32,000 nucleotides of DNA from Candidatus Saccharimonadota bacterium. GTDB lineage: Bacteria > Patescibacteriota > Saccharimonadia > Saccharimonadales > UBA4665. A model generated the notes under the pieces. That model saw nothing but the letters and a program-made list of their open reading frames with translations. It was not told where the DNA came from and made no database searches. Shown here piece by piece: positions 28,157-32,000 of the stretch. Position numbers and translations under genes: made by a program. The DNA is taken from positions 630,001 through 662,000 of the forward strand of contig CP065016.1 in assembly GCA_016700375.1 (NCBI GenBank). Direction: 5' to 3'. Position 1 is the stretch's first letter. The number at the start of each line of letters is the position of its first letter.

Positions 28157-28867
28157 TTAGTCGACACGTTGAGCTTGCGAGCCAAGCTGGGCATCGAGAC
28201 ACTTGTTCACCTCGGCATCGGCCAGCTTATTGAGCTCGCGCGGCACGTGGTCAAATGACACTTTCTCAAACTTTGGAAGAAGCTGTTGTATAGCATCGTG
28301 AATAGGCCATAGGTCGCGGTTTTTCACTTTGAATATTTTTTTCATTTGGTTCACCACCAGCATACTGTCCATATACACGTGCACGCTCCTCGCCTGAAGC
28401 CGTAGCGCAGCCTCCAAGCCAAACTTCAAGGCCTGATACTCCGCCTGATTGTTTGTTGTAATTCCCAGAAAAACCCCCTCACTATGTACGATGTTCCCGT
28501 CCATGTCGAGCAGTACATACCCGCTTGCGGAGGGGCCAGGATTGCCCCGTGAGCCTCCATCCGCATACAATTGCACCTCTGTTATTTGCGTAGTATTTTT
28601 ATCATCACTACTTTCCGGTACTCCTTTTTCATCGCCCTCGGCAACTGCGTCAATCCTCTTTGCGAGCTCCCAGTCTCGGTCTGTAATCATCTGCTTCGGC
28701 TCGTGTGTCGACAGCCAAAATTCAACAACATTCCATTCATTCTGCCAGCGCGGATGATGGTCGAGGTCATTCACAATTGCACTCACCTTTTCCATAAATG
28801 CCCATGCATGATGAAAGTCGCTAAAGACAAATTGTTTATAAAGCCCATGTTTTGTTTCGGTCCACAT
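28157..28867 (-). CDS. fusion protein: pterin-4a-carbinolamine dehydratase (PCD/DCoH)-like domain + RNase HI-like domain
   Basis: Residues 1-75 match PCD (FVFSDFHHAWAFMEKVSAIVNDLDHHPRWQNEWNVVEFWLSTHE...ITDRDWELAKRID). Residues about 100-236 match RNase H, with the DEDD residues in YADGGSRGNPG, NNQAEYQAL, VYMDSMLVV and NKLADAEVN. Confidence 0.85.
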   Translation of the reverse strand: MWTETKHGLYKQFVFSDFHHAWAFMEKVSAIVNDLDHHPRWQNEWNVVEFWLSTHEPKQMITDRDWELAKRIDAVAEGDEKGVPESSDDKNTTQITEVQLYADGGSRGNPGPSASGYVLLDMDGNIVHSEGVFLGITTNNQAEYQALKFGLEAALRLQARSVHVYMDSMLVVNQMKKIFKVKNRDLWPIHDAIQQLLPKFEKVSFDHVPRELNKLADAEVNKCLDAQLGSQAQRVD

Positions 28868-29055
28868 AAGATTATCTTAGCAAACAATAAGCTCACCAGA
28901 AAGGTGGGCCATGGTCGGGGTGACAGGACTATCGCGTCCGGCTCCGCCGGACACTCCTTCCTGCGGTGCTCGATACAAACCAAACAAGCTTGGTTTGCAT
29001 CTGCGCTCCTCGTCCGCGACCCTGCAAACACAGGCTCTGCGCCTACCACATCGAA

Positions 29056-29100
29056 ACCACATAAAAACCATCGGCTTGAGACCGATGGTTTTTATGTGGT
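29056..29100. terminator. 19-bp perfect hairpin, bidirectional terminator shape
   Basis: ACCACATAAAAACCATCGG-cttgaga-CCGATGGTTTTTATGTGGT. Confidence 0.7.
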
Positions 29101-29228
29101 CGAGCACAAGAGACTGCCCTTGAACTCTTCCAGTATATTGTACACGACGTACCCGCTTGGCAAGGAGTTATCACAGACTTTCGCTCTATAGAGCACGTGA
29201 AGCCCAGAATATTTGCTACCCTGAGGTA

Positions 29229-29441
29229 TTAAGAAATATCTACGCCACTGCGAGATGCGGCAGTCTGCGTGTCTATCTCATGACCCTCTGCGAGTGCCTT
29301 AAGAGGCGGGTATGCTGCGCCGGTCGTAAGAACCTCGCCCCATACTTCGTCGCCGTCGGAGCTCACTCGTACAATCGTATCGTTTACGTCGTAGTAACTG
29401 GTGAATGACTCATTTTTGTTATTTTGTGTCATATCTGTCAT
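29229..29441 (-). CDS. hypothetical small protein, probably leaderless
   Basis: 70-aa ORF. The extended -10 box TGgTAAAAT (29456-29448, minus sense) ends 6 nt before the ATG. The downstream hairpin at 29056-29100 could terminate it. Confidence 0.5.
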   Translation of the reverse strand: MTDMTQNNKNESFTSYYDVNDTIVRVSSDGDEVWGEVLTTGAAYPPLKALAEGHEIDTQTAASRSGVDIS

Positions 29442-29567
29442 GGTAGTATTTTACCACATTATGAGGTGTTTGTCATACTTACGCTAGTGTTTTCTTGCCA
29501 CTACCCCTATAATGATGGGTAAGTGGAACACCCACTCGATGCCTAGAGCCACTCCATAGGAGCAGGT

Positions 29568-29681
29568 ATGGCGAAAAATCCGTATCAAACATTTAAGCTC
29601 GTCATGAGTCTACTGTTTGATACGGTCACACTGGAAACGGTGTCGGGTAGCGTAGGCTATCGCTCATGGCGAGCTTTTTAA
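29568..29681 (+). CDS. candidate 37-aa small protein
   Basis: This ORF is below the ORF-track size cut-off and encodes MAKNPYQTFKLVMSLLFDTVTLETVSGSVGYRSWRAF. TAGGAG lies 6 nt upstream. The ORF ends 22 nt before the next gene. Confidence 0.3.
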   Translation: MAKNPYQTFKLVMSLLFDTVTLETVSGSVGYRSWRAF

Positions 29682-29703
29682 TTACTCGCCTAGAAAGGAC
29701 AGT

Positions 29704-30243
29704 ATGCATAAAAATGCAATAACAAAACGGCGAGTAATAATTCTACTCATTCTAGCAATCCTAATCACTTACCCCATTGGCTACATAACTGGGAAGAATA
29801 CTGGCCGCCGACTTGAGCGTGAAGCTGCGGCGTCCACGCAGATCAAGAACCAGCCTGCCATGCCGGTCGCCAATAATACCCCTCAGGTTTCTCTGCAACA
29901 GTCAGGCGTATCAAGACCTGTAGGCGGTGCACCTACCTCCCAAACCTCAAATGTGGCTCCAAACAACGCACTTACACCTCAAGTAATATCACCTCTTCAA
30001 TACTCCTGTGATGAAACGGCAAAAGCTACCTACCAAAGTCGATACGACTCCGATTATGCATCAGAAGTGAGTAGACATCAAACTGAAGTACAACGCATAG
30101 CCGATTATTGGGCGGCGCGCAACGCGTATAACAGCAGCTGGCGTGAAAACGAAGAGACGGCCGAAAATCAAAAGTTTGCAAGCAATGTTTCACAGCTTCA
30201 ATCCACGCTTCGCTACCAGCTTGTTTCGATACATTGCGCCTAG
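29704..30243 (+). CDS. hypothetical membrane-anchored protein
   Basis: 179 aa with an N-terminal TM helix (VIILLILAILITYPIGYI) and AAGGA upstream. No family was recognised. Confidence 0.55.
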   Translation: MHKNAITKRRVIILLILAILITYPIGYITGKNTGRRLEREAAASTQIKNQPAMPVANNTPQVSLQQSGVSRPVGGAPTSQTSNVAPNNALTPQVISPLQYSCDETAKATYQSRYDSDYASEVSRHQTEVQRIADYWAARNAYNSSWRENEETAENQKFASNVSQLQSTLRYQLVSIHCA

Positions 30244-30433
30244 TACCTTTATGCAGTAGACTGTATTTGTACTTTTCCAATTGAGCCTGCACCCTGCATT
30301 TGTGGGGCTACGCTGCCCTTAGGCGGCATATAACTCTTGAAGTCATAAGAGGATAATGAAGAATTTTGCGCTGTAATGCGCTGTTTTTCGTTATCCTCTT
30401 TTTTACTTGAGATAGCGAAAAGAAAGCTATCTC

Positions 30434-30685
30434 ATGAGATATCACTGCCTGTATAAACTATCTGGGAATACCCGCTGTAACCGCTCGATACCACGCGGTT
30501 ATCTTCTCTGTAAAGAGCACAGAGGTGTGCATACCGTTTTGCCGGTGGTTGAGCCGACAATATCTCAAAACCGGCTTGCTCGAGGCGTAGAAGCAATCTG
30601 TGTAGCTCGTACATCAATGGCTGAACCTCACCCAAAGGGCAAGATATTCGTAAGAGATAAAATCGGCCGGTCGGTGCTGCTATGA
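30434..30685 (+). CDS. hypothetical small Cys/His-rich protein
   Basis: 83 aa. An ATGA stop/start overlap with the next gene (30682-30685) suggests translational coupling. It has a CxxxxxxxxxC...CxxH pattern near the N-terminus. Confidence 0.4.
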   Translation: MRYHCLYKLSGNTRCNRSIPRGYLLCKEHRGVHTVLPVVEPTISQNRLARGVEAICVARTSMAEPHPKGKIFVRDKIGRSVLL

Positions 30686-31116
30686 CAGCCTCAGGTATCG
30701 GTCGGCCGCCACAATTCTCAAATGCCGCACAGTTACAGTTATTGATAGACAATTACTTTTCTTCAGCCACAAAGTCATCACCCGCAAGACCTCTAACTAT
30801 AACCGGCCTTATGCTTCACTGCGGGTTTGAGAGTCGGCAGTCATTTTATGACTATGAGAAAAAACCCGAGTTTTCTTACACTATAAAAAGAGCCCGGCTT
30901 ATGATTGAAAACGTTTATGAGGAACTCTTGCAGAGCGGTCGAGGAGCGGGCGCAATTTTTGCTCTTAAAAACTTCGGCTGGACGGATAAAAGCGAAGTAA
31001 GTATTGAAAGGGACTCAATAGACTATTCGAGCATGACAGATGAAGAACTTGAATCACGTCTGATAGACAGCATTAAAAGAGATTACGGCGTGACGCTTCC
31101 ACGAAAGATGCTGTAG
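30682..31116 (+). CDS. phage terminase small subunit-like protein
   Basis: 144 aa. It shows the TerS-like pattern GRPPQFSNAAQLQLLIDNYF...ITGLMLHCGF...FYDYEKKPEFSYTIKRARLMIE...IFALKNFGWTDK. Confidence 0.7.
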   Translation: MTASGIGRPPQFSNAAQLQLLIDNYFSSATKSSPARPLTITGLMLHCGFESRQSFYDYEKKPEFSYTIKRARLMIENVYEELLQSGRGAGAIFALKNFGWTDKSEVSIERDSIDYSSMTDEELESRLIDSIKRDYGVTLPRKML

Positions 31117-31171
31117 TTTTGGCCTTAAGAAGATATCGCTTGAACTTTTTTCATATGAGATAATAAGAGTG

Positions 31172-32000
31172 ATGAATGAGCAAAAACTAACACCAGCTGA
31201 CTTATTTACTAATCTGAAGAATGCTTACCGGCAAGATGACATAGAAGAGCTAGATATAAAAACTTTGCGCTATGTGTTGTATGCCCGCCGCTCTACTACG
31301 AATGATGAGCGGCAAGAACGCTCAATCCCAGACCAAATAGCAGACTGCTACGATCGTGTGATAGTACCGAAAGAGCTGAATATAATCGGTGCTGTACGCG
31401 AAGAAAAAGGCTCGGCGAAAGAGCCGAACACTCGGCCGGCATTTCGAACTATGCTTGAAGATATCAAGTCTGGCAAGATAGACGGTATAGTCGCGTGGCA
31501 CCCCGATAGACTCGCAAGAAATATGATGGACGCAGGCGAGATTATAGACTTGCTAGACAAAGGTATATTGAAAGACATACAGTTTGCTACTTCTTCCTTT
31601 GAAAACAGTCCAACCGGCAAAATGCTGCTCGGCATATCTTTCGTGTTGTCAAAGCAATACTCTGAGCACCTGAGCGAAAATATCAAGCGTGGCAATCGGC
31701 GAATGACAGAGGACGGATTATTTCTAGGCAAGATGAAACATGGCTATCTAATATCAGATGACAGGCTTTTCCCCGATAACTGGTTTACGAATATTAAGAC
31801 AGCATTTCAGATGAGGCTAGAGGGTAGCACGCAAGAAGCCATTGTGCAGGCACTGAACAGGTCTGATTACCGGGTACGCAAAAGAGGTAAAGACCCCGAA
31901 AAATACAAATGGGATAAAGACAGTGTGTCTTCTATGCTTAAAGATCCGGTGTACGCAGGGGTGTTGAAATACGGTAATAACCTAGTGAAGCTAGAAGACC
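31172..32000 (+). CDS. large serine recombinase (partial; continues beyond window end)
   Basis: Own translation shows an open frame from the ATG at 31172 to the window end, so it is not in the ORF track. It has the resolvase catalytic region YARRSTTNDERQERSIPDQ (Ser nucleophile), IVAWHPDRLARN, and the start of a recombinase domain (GLFLGKMKHGYL). Confidence 0.85.
   Translation, partial: MNEQKLTPADLFTNLKNAYRQDDIEELDIKTLRYVLYARRSTTNDERQERSIPDQIADCYDRVIVPKELNIIGAVREEKGSAKEPNTRPAFRTMLEDIKSGKIDGIVAWHPDRLARNMMDAGEIIDLLDKGILKDIQFATSSFENSPTGKMLLGISFVLSKQYSEHLSENIKRGNRRMTEDGLFLGKMKHGYLISDDRLFPDNWFTNIKTAFQMRLEGSTQEAIVQALNRSDYRVRKRGKDPEKYKWDKDSVSSMLKDPVYAGVLKYGNNLVKLED

Noticed and set aside
28900-29055. 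Possible tmRNA (TGGTCGGGGTGACAGGAC...GCGTCCGG resembles the reverse complement of a tmRNA 3' end) or SRP RNA.
   Set aside because: No canonical T-arm (GGTTCGAnTCC) can be formed and there is no matching GGGG 5' acceptor strand. No tag reading frame is present and the segment is too short. The SRP helix-8 motif (GGAAGCAGC with a GNRA loop) is absent. I keep it only as an unknown structured block.
28571-29191. 206-aa plus-strand ORF, with smaller ORFs at 28449..28757, 28783..29049, 28877..29107 and 28911..29123.
   Set aside because: The first half is antisense to the PCD-RNase H gene. The rest runs through the GC-rich hairpin block and the 19-bp terminator hairpin. There is no RBS and no protein features.
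30432-30752. 106-aa minus-strand ORF.
   Set aside because: It overlaps both the 83-aa plus-strand ORF and the start of the TerS-like gene. The plus-strand pair shows an ATGA coupling overlap and fits the local gene direction.

Overview
This gene-dense segment reads like a Saccharibacteria (TM7)/CPR-type reduced genome. The assignment is inferred from the 16S signature and gene content; nothing was searched. Left to right it contains the following.

- 1-3473: a minus-strand operon of three type IV pilin-like genes.
- 3811-13842: a dispersed minus-strand rRNA locus. It holds 5S (3852-3965), an inflated ~3.9 kb 23S (4220-8090), tRNA-Ile and tRNA-Ala. Three unrelated protein genes follow (GNAT, membrane protein, Fic/Doc-like), then 16S (12137-13608). 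Each RNA block has its own sigma70-like promoter and intrinsic terminator.
- 13884-23074: a HAD-like gene, gyrA, gyrB, and a VirD4/TraD-like ATPase with two small genes.
- 23496-24538: an intact IS481-family IS with a 6-bp target duplication.
- 24837-28115: comM, infC-rpmI-rplT and RNase P RNA.
- 28157-30243: a PCD/DCoH-RNase HI fusion gene and small hypothetical genes.
- 30434-32000: a mobile-element module at the right edge. It has a Cys-rich small ORF, a terminase-small-subunit-like gene and a large serine recombinase that runs off the window.

The most unusual content is non-coding.

- The 23S carries six ORF-less insertions, about 1 kb in total, built from several families of short structured repeats.
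- One ~120-nt module sits in helices 25, 45 and ~79. Each copy is bracketed by a pair of look-alike hairpins that differ by compensatory changes.
- A ~75-nt two-hairpin cassette recurs four times, each time immediately 5' of a mature RNA end.
- tRNA-Ile is flanked by exact copies of its own 5' and 3' halves, broken at the anticodon.

No CRISPR array was seen. All helix assignments come from by-eye alignment to E. coli rRNA recalled from memory.
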